From Macrostomum lignano (lineage: Eukaryota), in NCBI GenBank assembly GCA_002269645.1, contig NIVC01000929.1, positions 1 to 64,000 of the forward strand: a DNA stretch of 64,000 bases, given 5' to 3'. The notes under the pieces are model-generated. The model did no database searches, was not told where the DNA came from, and saw nothing but the letters and a program-made list of their open reading frames with translations. The position numbers and the translations under genes are program-made. Of this stretch, positions 11,930 to 24,660 are shown one piece after another. The number at the start of each line of letters is the position of its first letter. Position 1 is the first letter of the stretch.

Positions 11930-14925
11930 ATTTGGCGTCTCCTCTGCCCCTTCCCGATCCTTCATTAGGCGTCTCTGCCCCTTCCCGATTCTTCATTTGG
12001 CATCTCTGCCCCTTCCCGATCCTTCATTAGGCGTCTCTGCCCCTTCCCGATTCTTCATTTGGCATCTCTGCCCCTTCCCGATCCTTCATTAGGCGTCTCT
12101 GCCCCTTCCCGATTCTTTATTTGGCATCTCTGCCCCTTCGCGATTCTTCATTTGGCATCTCTGCCCCTTCGCGATTCTTCATTTGGCGTCTCTGCCCCTT
12201 CCCGATTCTTCATTTGGCATCTCTGCCCCTTCCCGATCCTTCATTAGGCGTCTCTGCCCCTTCCCGATTCTTTATTTGGCGTCTCTGCCCCTTCCCGATT
12301 CTTCATTTGGCATCTCTGCCCCTTCCCGATCCTTCATTAGGCGTCTCTGCCCCTTCCCGATTCTTCATTTGGCATCTCTGCCCCTTCCCGATCCTTCATT
12401 AGGCGTCTCTGCCCTTCTTCCGATTCTTTATTTGGCGTCTCTGCCCCTTCGCGATTCTTCATTTGGCATCTCTGCCCCTTCCCGATTCTTCATTTGGCAT
12501 CTCTGCCCCTTCCCGATTCTTTATTTGGCATCTCTGCCCCTTCCCGATCCTTCATTTGGCATCTCTGCCCCTTCCCGATTCTTCATTTGGCATCTCTGCC
12601 CCTTCGCGATTCTTCATTTGGCATCTCTGCCCCTTCCCGATTCTTCATTTGGCGTCTCTGCCCCTTTCCGATCCTTCATTTGGCATCTCTGCCCCTTCCC
12701 GATTCTTCATTTGGCATCTCTGCCCCTTCGCGATTCTTCATTTGGCATCTCTGCCCCTTCCGATCTTCATTTGGCATCTCTGCCCCTTCGCGATTCTTCA
12801 TTTGGCATCTCTGCCCCTTCGCGATTCTTCATTTGGCATCTCTGCCCCTTCGCGATTCTTCATTTGGCATCTCTGCCCCTTCGCGATTCTTCATTTGGCA
12901 TCTCTGCCCCTTCGCGATTCTTCATTTGGCATCTCTGCCCCTTCGCGATTCTTCATTTGGCATCTCTGCCCCTTCGCGATTCTTCATTTGGCATCTCTGC
13001 CCCTTCGCGATTCTTCATTTGGCATCTCTGCCCCTTCCGATTCTTCATTTGGCATCTCTGCCCCTTCGCGATTCTTCATTTGGCATCTCTGCCCCTTCGC
13101 GATTCTTCATTTGGCATCTCTGCCCCTTCGCGATTCTTCATTTGGCATCTCTGCCCCTTCGCGATTCTTCATTTGGCATCTCTGCCCCTTCGCGATTCTT
13201 CATTTGGCATCTCTGCCCCTTCGCGATTCTTCATTTGGCATCTCTGCCCCTTCGCGATTCTTCATTTGGCATCTCTGCCCCTTCGCGATTCTTCATTTGG
13301 CATCTCTGCCCCTTCGCGATTCTTCATTTGGCATCTCTGCCCCTTCGCGATTCTTCATTTGGCATCTCTGCCCCTTCGCGATTCTTCATTTGGCATCTCT
13401 GCCCCTTCGCGATTCTTCATTTGGCATCTCTGCCCCTTTCCGATCCTTCATTTGGCATCTCTGCCCCTTTCCGATCCTTCATTTGGCATCTCTGCCCCTT
13501 TCCGATCCTTCATTTGGCATCTCTGCCCCTTCCCGATCCTTCATTTGGCATCTCTGCCCCTTTCCGATCCTTCATTTGGCATCTCTGCCCCTTTCCGATC
13601 CTTCATTTGGCATCTCTGCCCCTTTCCGATCCTTCATTTGGCATCTCTGCCCCTTCCCGATCCTTCATTTGGCATCTCTGCCCCTTCGCGATTCTTCATT
13701 TGGCATCTCTGCCCCTTCGCGATTCTTCATTTGGCATCTCTGCCCCTTCGCGATTCTTCATTTGGCATCTCTGCCCCTTCGCGATTCTTCATTTGGCATC
13801 TCTGCCCCTTCGTGATTCTTCATTTGGCATCTCTGCCCCTTCGATTCTTCATTTGGCATCTCTGCCCCTTCGCGATTCTTCATTTGGCATCTCTGCCCCT
13901 TCGCGATTCTTCATTTGGCATCTCTGCCCCTTCCCGATCCTTCATTTGGCATCTCTGCCCCTTTCCGATCCTTCATTTGGCATCTCTGCCCCTTTCCGAT
14001 CCTTCATTTGGCATCTCTGCCCCTTCGCGATTCTTCATTTGGCATCTCTGCCCCTTCGCGATTCTTCATTTGGCATCTCTGCCCCTTCGCGATTCTTCAT
14101 TTGGCATCTCTGCCCCTTCCCGATTCTTCATTTGGCATCTCTGCCCCTTCCCGATTCTTCATTTGGCATCTCTGCCCCTTCCCGATCCTTCATTTGGCAT
14201 CTCTGCCCCTTCGCAATTCTTCATTTGGCATCTCTGCCCCTTTCCGATCCTTCATTTGGCGTCTCTGCCCCTTCGCGATTCTTCATTTGGCATCTCTGCC
14301 CCTTCGCGATTCTTCATTTGGCATCTCTGCCCCTTCGCGATTCTTCATTTGGCATCTCTGCCCCTTCGCGATTCTTCATTTGGCATCTCTGCCCCTTCGC
14401 GATTCTTCATTTGGCATCTCTGCCCCTTCGCGATTCTTCATTTGGCATCTCTGCCCCTTCGCGATTCTTCATTTGGCATCTCTGCCCCTTCGCGATCCTT
14501 CATTTGGCATCTCTGCCCCTTCCCGATTCTTCATTTGGCATCTCTGCCCCTTCGCGATTCTTCATTTGGCATCTCTGCCCCTTCTCGATTCTTCATTTGG
14601 CATCTCTGCCCCTTCGCGATTCTTCATTTGGCATCTCTGCCCCTTCGCGATTCTTCATTTGGCATCTCTGCCCCTTCGCGATTCTTCATTTGGCATCTCT
14701 GCCCCTTCGCGATTCTTCATTTGGCATCTCTGCCCCTTCGCGATTCTTCATTTGGCGTCTCTGCCCCTTTCCGATTCTTCATTTGGCGTCTCTGCCCCTT
14801 CCCGAGTCTTCATTTGGCGTCTCTGCCCCTTCGCGATTCTTCATTTGGCGTATCTGCCCCTTCCCGAGTCTTCATTTGGCGTCTTTGCCCCTTGCCGATC
14901 CTTCATTTGGCATCTCTGCTCCGTC
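11930..14925. repeat. 31-bp minisatellite (TTTGGCATCTCTGCCCCTTCGCGATTCTTCA, about 96 copies)
   Basis: Read directly; accounts for the long overlapping repeat ORFs. Confidence 0.97.
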
Positions 14926-15754
14926 CAGATCCTTCCTCTGGATCGGGAAGGGACAGATACGACAGGAGGCACTTAATGAGCATGATTTCTTGCTTCCTCG
15001 CTGGCTGCGGGCTGACCGTGGACTTGATTTAGGGCACTTCCCAAATTCTTTTTGCTACTAACGGCAACTAAAATTCTTAAAAACTTTAGGGTAAGGGCAC
15101 CAGTACCTCTCCGAAACCTTAACCCATGAACACTAAAACTGGCTGTAACTTCCCGCTCAGTCGCACACAAGAAACTAGCTCGTATTTATGCAGTTGGTTC
15201 CAACAGCAACAAGCAACAGCGAAAGAGGAATTTTAAATATTTGCAGTTAAAGTACGAGAATGAAATACGGCCCGTTCCGCAAGTTTTCTTTCGCCTTCTC
15301 TCCTCCTAATCCGCCTTCGCTACAGACGTTCGCACTCGCACACTGGCGATTGGGAACAGCAGGACTGGGACAATAAAGTAACACATGCAGTACAGCATAG
15401 GGATTGAAGCAGAATAGCCGTATGAATAAAAATTTGCTGTAGGTCAGTGCACAGACAGAGCTAAGGTTGCAAAGCTGGCCCAGTTGGGGGTTGGTGGTGT
15501 CGAAGGCCGGTCCGAGCTCCTATCAGGCAGCTGGAATCGTCCAGGGGGGAGGGTGGACGCTGCTCGGCTTAGCGTTTCCCAAGGCTGCGTAATTAACTTT
15601 GTTCCCTGGCGCAGTCCGCCCGATTCTGGTTTCTGCCTGGATTTTTTTCCTACCTTGGCTATGTCAGTTGAGCCAAAATGGCCTTGGAGACTGAGCCGCA
15701 AGTCTGCCGCGATGAAAGGAACTGTTTTTACAATAGCTACTATATAGAACTCAG

Positions 15755-16391
15755 GTGTGAGATTGCGATTCTCAGGTATGAGATTGAGATTCTCAGGTAT
15801 GAGATTGAGATTTTCAGGAATGAGATTGAGATTCTCAGGTATGAGATTGAGATTCTCAGGTATGAGATCGGGATTCTCAGGTATGAGATTAAGATTTTCA
15901 GGTATGATATTGAGATTCTCAGGTATGAGATTGAGATTCTCAGGTATGAGATTGAGATTTTCAGGAATGAGATTGAGATTCTCAGGTATGAGATTGAGAT
16001 TTTCAGGTATGAGATTGAGATTCTCAGGTATGAGATTGAGATTCTCAGGTATGAGATTGAGATTCTCAGGTATGAGATTGAGATTCTCAGATATGAGATT
16101 GAGATTCTCAGGTATGAGATTGAGATTTTCAGGTATGAGATTGAGATTTTCAGGTATGAGATTGCGATTCTCAGGTATGAGGTTTAGATTCTCAGGTATG
16201 AGATCGGGATTCTCAACTATGAGATTTTGATTCTCAGGTATGGGATTGAAATTCTCAAGTATCAGACTGAAATTCTCAGGTATGAGACTGAAATTCTCAA
16301 GTATGAGATTGAGATTCTCAGGTATGAGACTGAAATTCTCAGGTATGAGATTGAGATTCTCAGGTATGAGACTGAAATTCTCAGGTATGAG
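15755..16391. repeat. 21-bp minisatellite (TTCTCAGGTATGAGATTGAGA, about 30 copies) whose last unit holds the TP53I11 start codon
   Basis: Read directly. Confidence 0.95.
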
Positions 16392-16638
16392 AAAAGATCC
16401 TATTCGAAGACTCTGTTCCTCACCCGAGCTCAGGAAGCAGAGCAGCGGCGATCTGCACAGCCGGTTAAAAACCCGGAAGCTTCTTGGCGTCGGTGAGACA
16501 GACGACGGCGACGTGCACCGGTCGAAGCTGAGCCAAATTCTCGGCCACAGCGAGCAGCTGCACCACCGCGGCCTGTCGTGGGCAGCGAGGACTTGGACTG
16601 CCGCCTGCGGCCTGGCCTGCGCCGCTGCCGCCACCGCC
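16387..16638 (+). CDS. TP53I11: TP53I11 (PIG11) homolog, coding exon 1
   Basis: [37 protein letters not shown] matches the family motif recalled as [39 protein letters not shown]. Phase-0 donor GTGAGT at 16639. Confidence 0.9.
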
Positions 16639-16674
16639 GTGAGTCCGGGGAAGTTATGCCGGTGAGAGCTGATT

Positions 16675-17060
16675 CAGGTAGGGGGCTAGGTCAGGTGAGA
16701 GGGGGCTGGGTCAGGTGAGAGGGGGCTGTGTCAGGTGGAGGGCTAGGTCAGGTGGGGGGCTGGGTCAGGTGGGGGCTGGGTCAGGTGGAGGGCTAGGTCA
16801 GGTGGGGGGCTGGGTCAGGTGGAGGCTGGGTCAGGTGGAGGGCTGAGTCAGGTGGGTGGCTGGGTCAGGTGTGGAGGGTTGGGTCAGGTGGGTGGCTGGG
16901 TCAGATGGGGGCTGGGTCAGGTGGAGTCAATGGACTCAGTGGAATTTTTAGTGGGAGTTCTGATTGTCAGGGGGAGTCAAGGCGAGTCAGGGTCAGGGTC
17001 AGTCAGGGGAGTCAGTCAGGGGTAGTCAAGCAATGGGAGTCGGGGGAGGTCAGTGAGAGC
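16675..17060. repeat. G-rich degenerate 16-20 bp array (GGGGCTGGGTCAGGTG core) in TP53I11 intron 1
   Basis: Read directly. Confidence 0.9.
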
Positions 17061-17456
17061 CAGAAGGAGACAGGAGAGAGAGGAGCAACCACTGGAGTTA
17101 AGGCAGTCCCTTAGAAAATATTGAAAGTCGAATAGCAGAATTCTCTCTTCTTGGGAAAGCAGCTGGGGAATTCTCCCTGTTCTAATCCCTAGGGATTAGT
17201 TCTGTCGTGCGGACCTACTGAGTATTTAATCAAGGTGAGTGTGCGCAGGTGCTCGATGGGGGTTCCGGAATATGAGCTTCAGCTCGGGCTGAGCGAGCGG
17301 AATGTACTTTTTGTGGAGTCTTGAAATTTTTTATCTCAACAACGCGTTCCGAGTTGTCTATTTTGAGCCGCCTCAGCTCTAAGTCTGTCAATTCCCATTT
17401 GCCCCTAACCCTGTTAAACTCCCCGGAGGAGCTCAAACTCCTCAGGCCCCTCAAGC

Positions 17457-18090
17457 AAATTTTCTAATTATCATGGCATTTCCTACAGTCTCGAGTTGCC
17501 TTTGACCAGAGTCGGCCAGTAATTTTCTAATTATCATGGCATTTCCTACAGTCTCGAGTTGCCTTTGACCAGAGTCGGCCAGTAATTTTCTAATTATCAT
17601 GGCATTTCCTACAGTCTCGAGTTGCCTTTGACCAGAGTCGGCCAGTAATTTTCTAATTATCATGGCATTTCCTACAGTCTCGAGTTGCCTTTGACCAGAG
17701 TCGGCCAGTAATTTTCTAATTATCATGGCATTTCCTACAGTCTCGAGTTGCCTTTGACCAGAGTCGGCCAGTAATTTTCTAATTATCATGGCATTTCCTA
17801 CAGTCTCGAGTTGCCTTTGACCAGAGTCGGCCAGTAATTTTCTAATTATCATGGCATTTCCTACAGTCTCGAGTTGCCTTTGACCAGAGTCGGCCAGTAA
17901 TTTTCTAATTATCATGGCATTTCCTACAGTCTCGAGTTGCCTTTGACCAGAGTCGGCCAGTAATTTTCTAATTATCATGGCATTTCCTACAGTCTCGAGT
18001 TGCCTTTGACCAGAGTCGGCCAGTAATTTTCTAATTATCATGGCATTTCCTACAGTCTCGAGTTGCCTTTGACCAGAGTCGGCCAGTAAT
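17457..18090. repeat. 63-bp essentially perfect tandem repeat, 10 copies, in TP53I11 intron 1
   Basis: Unit TAATTTTCTAATTATCATGGCATTTCCTACAGTCTCGAGTTGCCTTTGACCAGAGTCGGCCAG. Confidence 0.97.
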
Positions 18091-18170
18091 TAAGCGCTTC
18101 TGCTGAGCGGAATTGCAAAGCAAAGACAGCCACCTGGCACGGTCAACCATCTGCTTTCCGTTTGTTGTAG

Positions 18171-18264
18171 ATTTTCTTCAAGCCGGGGCTTCTTTTCGGC
18201 CATCAGGAGGCGACCGAGCTTGCGACCGACCTTGTTGCTAGGCTGTACGCCTGCGCGCTGATGG
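18171..18264 (+). CDS. TP53I11: TP53I11 homolog, coding exon 2
   Basis: Acceptor TTTGTTGTAG, translation IFFKPGLLFG...VARLYACALM (family motif RLYGGALL), phase-1 donor GTGAGT at 18265. Confidence 0.85.
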
Positions 18265-18384
18265 GTGAGTGCCTCGGTAGGGCTGCTCCATCTTGTCAAT
18301 AATATGATGATGGATAGCCTATTCTCGCTTTTGGCCGAGACTTTTGTGGCTCTAACTCACTTTCTACTGCCTTTTTTATTCTAA

Positions 18385-18710
18385 TCCACACTTGACTCTC
18401 CCCTCCCCTGACTCTCTACTCCTCTCACCTGACTCTCCACTTCTCTCACCTGACTCTCCACTTCTCTCACCTGACTCTCCACTTCTCTCACCTGACTCTC
18501 CACTCTTCTCACCTGACTCTCCCCTCCTCTCACCTGACTCTCCCCTCCTCTCACCTGACTCTGCCCTCCTCTCACCTGACTCTCCCCTCCTCTCACCTGA
18601 CTCTCTACTCATCTCATCTGACTCTTCCCTCCTCTCAACTGACTCTTCACCCTCCTTACCTTGACTCTCTACTCCCACTGACTCCACTTCCCCCACTTGA
18701 CTCTCAGTCC
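18385..18710. repeat. 21-bp C-rich array (CTCTCACCTGACTCTCCCCTC) in TP53I11 intron 2
   Basis: Read directly. Confidence 0.92.
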
Positions 18711-18731
18711 CCCGCCCCCCAATCTCCGCAG

Positions 18732-18940
18732 CCCTCGCCGGGTTCCTGTGTCTCTCCTGGCGTAGCTCAGACCGCGAGCTGGCCCGCCAGTCCATCATCC
18801 TGATGGCGGCCTTGGCAGCCGCCAACTGCGCCCTGCTGTGGCTGCACCCCGCTGGCTGGCTGCCCCGGCTGGCCGCTCTGGCGATGCTGGCGGCGGCCGC
18901 GGCCGCCTGCGCAAAATTCTGCCAGCTTGCTGGCGGCTGA
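18732..18940 (+). CDS. TP53I11: TP53I11 homolog, terminal coding exon
   Basis: Acceptor CTCCGCAG, phase-consistent, hydrophobic helices ALAGFLCLSW...SIILMAALAAANCALLWL...RLAALAMLAAA, stop TGA at 18938-18940. The spliced product is 184 aa, close to the family size. Confidence 0.8.
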
Positions 18941-19454
18941 CGAGTCAAATGATGACTGTCGAAGCTTTTGCTAGAGGCTGCGGATGAAGACAAATTTCAA
19001 CGCTCGCAACAGAGACAACAGTTTTTTTTCTAAGAAATCAACAGAAACCCCTGATCCTGTTTGCCAGATTAGTTACAAGATGTTCCGGAGAATCGCTGCA
19101 GATTAAATTTTATTTCTAGAAAAGGGAGAAAAATTGTTGCGGAGGTTTACATGTGCGTAGTACGACCTCCATTTGAGATGTTTTGTTAGTTGTGCCCTGT
19201 GGAGGCTTCTTTTAGTAGATGAATCAAAAAAGTTCAAGAGCAGACCTGCAAACTATTTTCTGTGCCTCATTGGGCACTTTACAGCCGCTTTCGGGATGCA
19301 GTCTGAAGTCATTGGAGCCCCGAAAGTGTCTGACAACTTGATGAAACCGCTTTTCATTAATAGTAGCGTGCGGAACTTTTAGCATGTAGTTAACAGGGGC
19401 GCAGATTAATTAAACAAACCAGGGGAGCAGTCAGCATTTTTTTTATTAGGGGGC

Positions 19455-19925
19455 GGGGCGCAATCTTGGAGGCGTCAACTTGGGTGGCGTCATTTTGGGT
19501 GGCGCCATCTTTTGGGCGCCAGCTCATGGCGCTATTTTGGCGGCGCAATCTTGGCTGGTGTCACCTGGGACGCCATCTTGGTGGCGCCATCGTGACGGCG
19601 TCATCTTGGGGCGCCATCTTGAGGGCGCCATCTTCTGGGCGTCGTCTTGGGTGGCGTCACCTGGGGCGCCATCTTGGGGGCGCCATCTTAGGTGACGTCA
19701 CTTGGGGGCGTCATCTTAGGGGCGTCATTTTGGGTGGCGTCATCTTGGGTGGCGTCTCTTGTGGGCGACATCTTGGGGGGGGCGATATTTTAAGGGCGCC
19801 ATCTTGACGGCGCAATCTTGGGGCACCATCTTGGGTGGCGCCATCTTGGGGGGGGGGGCGCCATCTTCTGGGCGTCATCTTTGAAGGGGGGGGGGCAAAT
19901 CAGCAGTCTTGATGGCGCCATCATT
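19455..19925. repeat. Degenerate GGCGCCATCTT / GGCGTCATCTT repeat cluster
   Basis: Read directly. Confidence 0.85.
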
Positions 19926-20919
19926 TCTACCAGCCCACCCTGACTACGCTCGTAATAAACATAAAAAGAGGCCTAATTAAAATTCGAAACCAACTGCGAA
20001 AGTTTTTATCACCTACCTGCCTAAATCATGCTAATTAAACTTTTTTGACTCCAGAGAGCCAAGAACCACTTAAAATTAGAAAGACTTATGAATAATTGGT
20101 TTGTTGGAATTTATTTGAAGGCTCAATAAATTGTGGAGTTAAGAAATTTTCTTATTTTAAACGTTAAACTTGTTGGATTGCAATACCGTGTAAGGGAACA
20201 ATTTATTGCTTTCGATAACAAATTCGTTTTCAGTAGATTCCGGTATGCCTAGAAACGCAATATCCTGTCCGACCACTTACAGTGGTCCTTGGCAACTGTG
20301 TGCATAGCTCCTAAGCACTACGACTATTGATATTGTAGTGTTTGCGGTCTGCATAGCTAGAGATCGCAACCGTAGCAACTTTGATACTCAATAATTGAGC
20401 ACAATACTTGCCCATGCAGCTGATTTTCCCTCTATCTGGGAGTTTCCCACGCCATCGGAAATTAATAAATCATATCGAATCCCCAGAGGCTTGGCCTTAC
20501 TCTGTGTGCAATCATTTTCCAACGATTGGTTTCAATAAATATGAGTGCAATGTTCAATTTACACTACTAACAAACTAATAACAAGTAGTACTACAAGATT
20601 TCAACAAAATGGAGCAATGCAGGAACACAAAACTGCGGCAGTGGCATTCTTATAGAAATTGAAAGAGACCGTCTACTGAAAGTAGCAAGGAGGAAATTTA
20701 AAGCGAGAGTCTTAGTAGTGTGTGCAGAAATTTTATGCTACTTCTGCTACTTACGAGCTAATATAACTTTGAACTCGAGTGCCCACTGCAGGTGAAAGGC
20801 CTTTGGCTCTTTAGCTCAGCAATACACGAAATACTCTTTTTTGAATGATTTTTACAAAGGGTTGAATTTTGTTTTACTCTAAAAATGGACGGTCGCACGC
20901 CGCATCATCCGCACTGAGT

Positions 20920-21125
20920 CGCACAGTCCACAGTCGCATTGTCACAGTCTCACTGTCCACAGTCTCACTGTCCACAGTCTCACTATCCACAGTCACACTA
21001 TCCACAGTCTCACTATCCACAGTCTCACTGTCCACAGTCTCACTGTCACAGTCTCACTGTCCACAGTCTCACTGTCACAGTCTCACTGTCCACAGTCACA
21101 CTCTCCACAGTCTCACTGTTCCACA
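20920..21125. repeat. 15-bp minisatellite (CACAGTCTCACTGTC)
   Basis: Read directly. Confidence 0.93.
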
Positions 21126-21491
21126 GTTCTACTTGAGTAGTCCCTGGCATGGCGCATACTGGATGGAGCCGCAGTCCAGAAGGTCAGAAAACTGCCGGTT
21201 TAGTGCTGAACAGCTAAATACTGTAGTTCACTGGATCACCAGAATCAGCATTGCCGGCAGTTTAGCGGTTCTCAAGCAGACAATCAAGTCTGCCGCAGAA
21301 GCCAATGCTAGTGCGAGACAAGTCTCACTTCATTGCCATTGGACAGAATTAAAGGTGCGAGTATGAAAAAACGGAGCGCGTTTGAGCACAAAAATTATAA
21401 AAGAAACACGCGGAAACCCTTGCTGAGTAACTTACACCGAATTAAAGCGAGCCTCCTGGATCACAGAATCTGACAGACTGCAGCATCGGCA

Positions 21492-21699
21492 ATGTCGTCC
21501 AACCAGCTGCCAGCTTCTCAAATTCGAGCTTCAAGCGACTTCGACATCAGAAAACTGCTCGGCCTGTCCACCGCCCAGCAGCCGCAGCCAGGCAGCTTCC
21601 AGGTCACCATCGCGCCGCCGCTGCCGCCACCGTGGCCGCTACCACCAGCCGTCGGGCCCGCAGCGGCCCTGGGTGGCAGCTTTGGTCTGCGGCAGTTTG
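21492..21699 (+). CDS. Vsx: Vsx/Chx10/ceh-10 homeobox gene, exon 1 (eh1-like FDIRKLLG)
   Basis: ATG at 21492, FxIxxLL motif, Pro-rich segment, phase-1 donor GTGAGT at 21700. Confidence 0.75.
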
Positions 21700-22206
21700 G
21701 TGAGTAAAAAGCCCTCATCATGAGCCGTAGCGGCTGTGTGCGACAGTATCTTTTCTAGGAAATGTTTTTCCCAAGGCTTAGGACTTAGCATAGGCTGATG
21801 CCACTGCAGCAGGAGCCCTGAATTTCACAGGCCAATTAACATTTAATTAACAGTCATATTGAACAGTAGCCAGCTGAGCTTTCTTGTCTCAATTCGACCT
21901 GAGGCGCCGTTCTCAGGTTTGACTGACAAGCGATGAGCACAGTTGGTGCCTGCCTGAGCTCTGCGTGTTGGGGAGGGGCAGGAGCGGTTTTGATGGACAC
22001 TTCAGCCAGTTGTCCTGTGACACTTCTTAATTTAGTTTATTCAATTTGTGCTCGCGAACTGAGTCGCCATCTGGAATTTTCGAGGGGTCAATTTCTCCGC
22101 TAGCTGATGATGCGGTTATTCCGTTGAGTCTGTGCTGGGGTTGTCTGCGCGTGTTCGCTGTTTAATTGTTTTACGGAGCATTCGATCAACTCATTGTGCA
22201 TTTCAG

Positions 22207-22285
22207 CCGCTGAGCAGCGACCCACATCGGAACTGTTCCACTGGGGAAGTCAGGCGGGGGAGAAGAGGAAGAAACGGCGGCACAG
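22207..22285 (+). CDS. Vsx: Vsx exon 2 (ends KRKKRRH-R)
   Basis: Acceptor TTTCAG, translation AAEQRPTSELFHWGSQAGEKRKKRRH, phase-2 donor GTGAGT at 22286. Confidence 0.88.
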
Positions 22286-22308
22286 GTGAGTAGATCTATA
22301 TAGATCAA

Positions 22309-22629
<321 letters not shown>

Positions 22630-22994
22630 CTAGCAAGTCTGTCGCTCAGAATCTGGCAGCCAGACAGTCCGCAACAACAGAGGAACTCCCAGAGCAAGTC
22701 GCGGTGTAATCCCCCAGAGCCTGCTCATCCCGCTCGCCCAGGAATTTGATCATTTTTCTCTCTAATTAATAAATTAATTTGCAAATAAAAACAGAACAAG
22801 ATTAGTACCTCAGCGCTGAGCCCCCCATCGGCTAATCGGCCTAGCAGCCTCACTAATCCGCAGCCCACTGGTCACCGTTTCCCGGCCGGAAGCTGCCCGG
22901 GTCAAATCTGCCAATTTCAAGAGTGACAACCGTCAAGAAAATGCAAACTGCTGCTACAAAATAGTTGTCTTCATTGTTGTCCGCGCTGAGCACA

Positions 22995-23570
22995 TGGTTT
23001 CTAACAGACCCACGTCTCACAGGACCGTGTCTAACACATCCATCTCTAGCAGGTACATGTCTAACACATCCATGTCTAACAGGTCCATGTCTAACACATC
23101 CATCTCTAGCAGGTACATGTCTAACACATCCATGTCTAACAGGTCCATGTCTAACACATCCATCTCTAGCAGGTACATGTCTAACACATCCATGTCTAAC
23201 AGGTCCATGTCTAACACATCCATGTCTAACAGGTCCGTGTCTAACACATCCATGTCTCACAGGTCCGTGTCTGCCACATCAACGTCTAACAGGTCGTGTC
23301 CAACACACCCATATCTAACAGGTCCGTGTCTAATAGACCCATATCTAACAGGTCCGTGTCTAATAGACCCATATCTAACAGGTCCGTGTCTAACACACCC
23401 ATATCTAACAGGTCCGTGTCTAATAGACCCATGTCTAACAGGTACATGTCTAACACACCCATGTCTAACAGGTCCGTGTCTGACACACCCATGTCTTACA
23501 GGTCCGTGCCTAACAAACCTATCTCTAACACATCCGTGTCTAACACATCACTGTCTAACAGGCCCGACAG
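22995..23570. repeat. 30-bp minisatellite (ATGTCTAACACATCCATGTCTAACAGGTCC and variants) in a Vsx intron
   Basis: Read directly; 15-bp subunit structure. Confidence 0.92.
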
Positions 23571-24286
23571 AATATCTGAATTGAAGTCAAATCCACGTCT
23601 AGCAAGAATTTTTCTTCGGCTGTTTGCATTAAATTTTCAGAGAATGGATTTGCTTCAGGTGAATTAAAAACCCAATGGCAGCTGGCAAAAGAGGCTTGGC
23701 AAAGATTGCATTGAAAATTTCCACTTAGAAGATGCAGGAAAATTAAGGAAATTTCCCATGCAACAATAATTATTGACGAGTGGCCGGGGTGCTGAAACCT
23801 GGGCCAGACACTTGTTAGAGCGGAAAAGCAATAAAAATCCTCACTTTAATCTATTTATTAACCTTTAAAGCTTTCGTCTTCGAACATTGGGGATTTAACT
23901 GCGGCTCACCTAGAAGGGGCGCTGAATTTTAAAGGAATTATCAGGTTAAATAATGCAATTAAGTTATTAATAAAAGAATCTTCTAGAAGAAAGCAGAAAA
24001 AATAAAACAAAACAGAGATTAGAAATGATTAAACCTGGAAAGAAAAGCGACAATGCAGTTAGACTACTCCCACTTCACTGTTCAAGTAGTATAGATGCGT
24101 GTGCGCAGCCGCTGAGGCAAAAGTTTGAGTTAAAGGAGCTTTTTCTCAATTGTTTTTTTTCAGAAAATAAAATGTAATTTTTTCATTGCTGACACAGTCG
24201 GTCTTATGCATGTATTAGCCTTTCTGTACACCATATGCCTTCAAGCACGCAACACTATTACCATGGCAACTGCTTATTTTCTACCC

Positions 24287-24660
24287 AACTCCTGACAGAG
24301 CCGCATTCCCCACTCCTGACAGAGCCGCATTCCCCAATCCTGACAGAGCCGCATTCCCCACCCCTGACAGAGCCGCATTCCCCACCCCTGATAGAGCCGC
24401 ATTCCCCACCCCTGACAGAGCCGCATTCCCCAATCCTGACAGAACCGCATTCCCCACCCCTGACAGAGCCGCATTCCCCACCCCTGACAGAGCCGCATTC
24501 CCCACCCCTGACAGAGCCGCATTCCCCACTCCTGACAGAGCCGCATTCCCAACCCCTGACAGAGCCGCATTCCCCACCCCTGACAGAGCCGCATTCCCCA
24601 CCCCTGACAGAGCCGCATTCCCCACCCCTGACAGAGCCGCATTCCTCACCCTCTGACAGA
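24287..24660. repeat. 24-bp minisatellite (CCCCTGACAGAGCCGCATTCCCCA, 15 copies) abutting the Vsx exon 3 acceptor
   Basis: Read directly. Confidence 0.96.

Noticed and set aside
11930-14925. Possible CRISPR array, or the 949/855-aa ORFs as real proteins
   Set aside because: The units are contiguous with no unique spacers and there are no cas genes. The ORFs are a by-product of a stop-free 31-bp unit cycling through frames.
15444-16634. 396-aa minus-strand ORF
   Set aside because: It is antisense to TP53I11 exon 1 plus the minisatellite; the plus strand carries the recognisable protein.
17457-18090. CRISPR-like periodicity (63 bp)
   Set aside because: The entire unit is identical, so there is no repeat-spacer alternation.
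18376-18993. 205-aa minus-strand Ala-rich ORF resembling a transcription factor
   Set aside because: It is the antisense shadow of TP53I11 exon 3 and the C-rich array.
24235-24659. (TEPHSPPL)n as the N-terminus of the homeodomain protein
   Set aside because: The true N-terminal arm KRKKRRH is in exon 2 and splices in phase to 24660, so the repeat is intronic.
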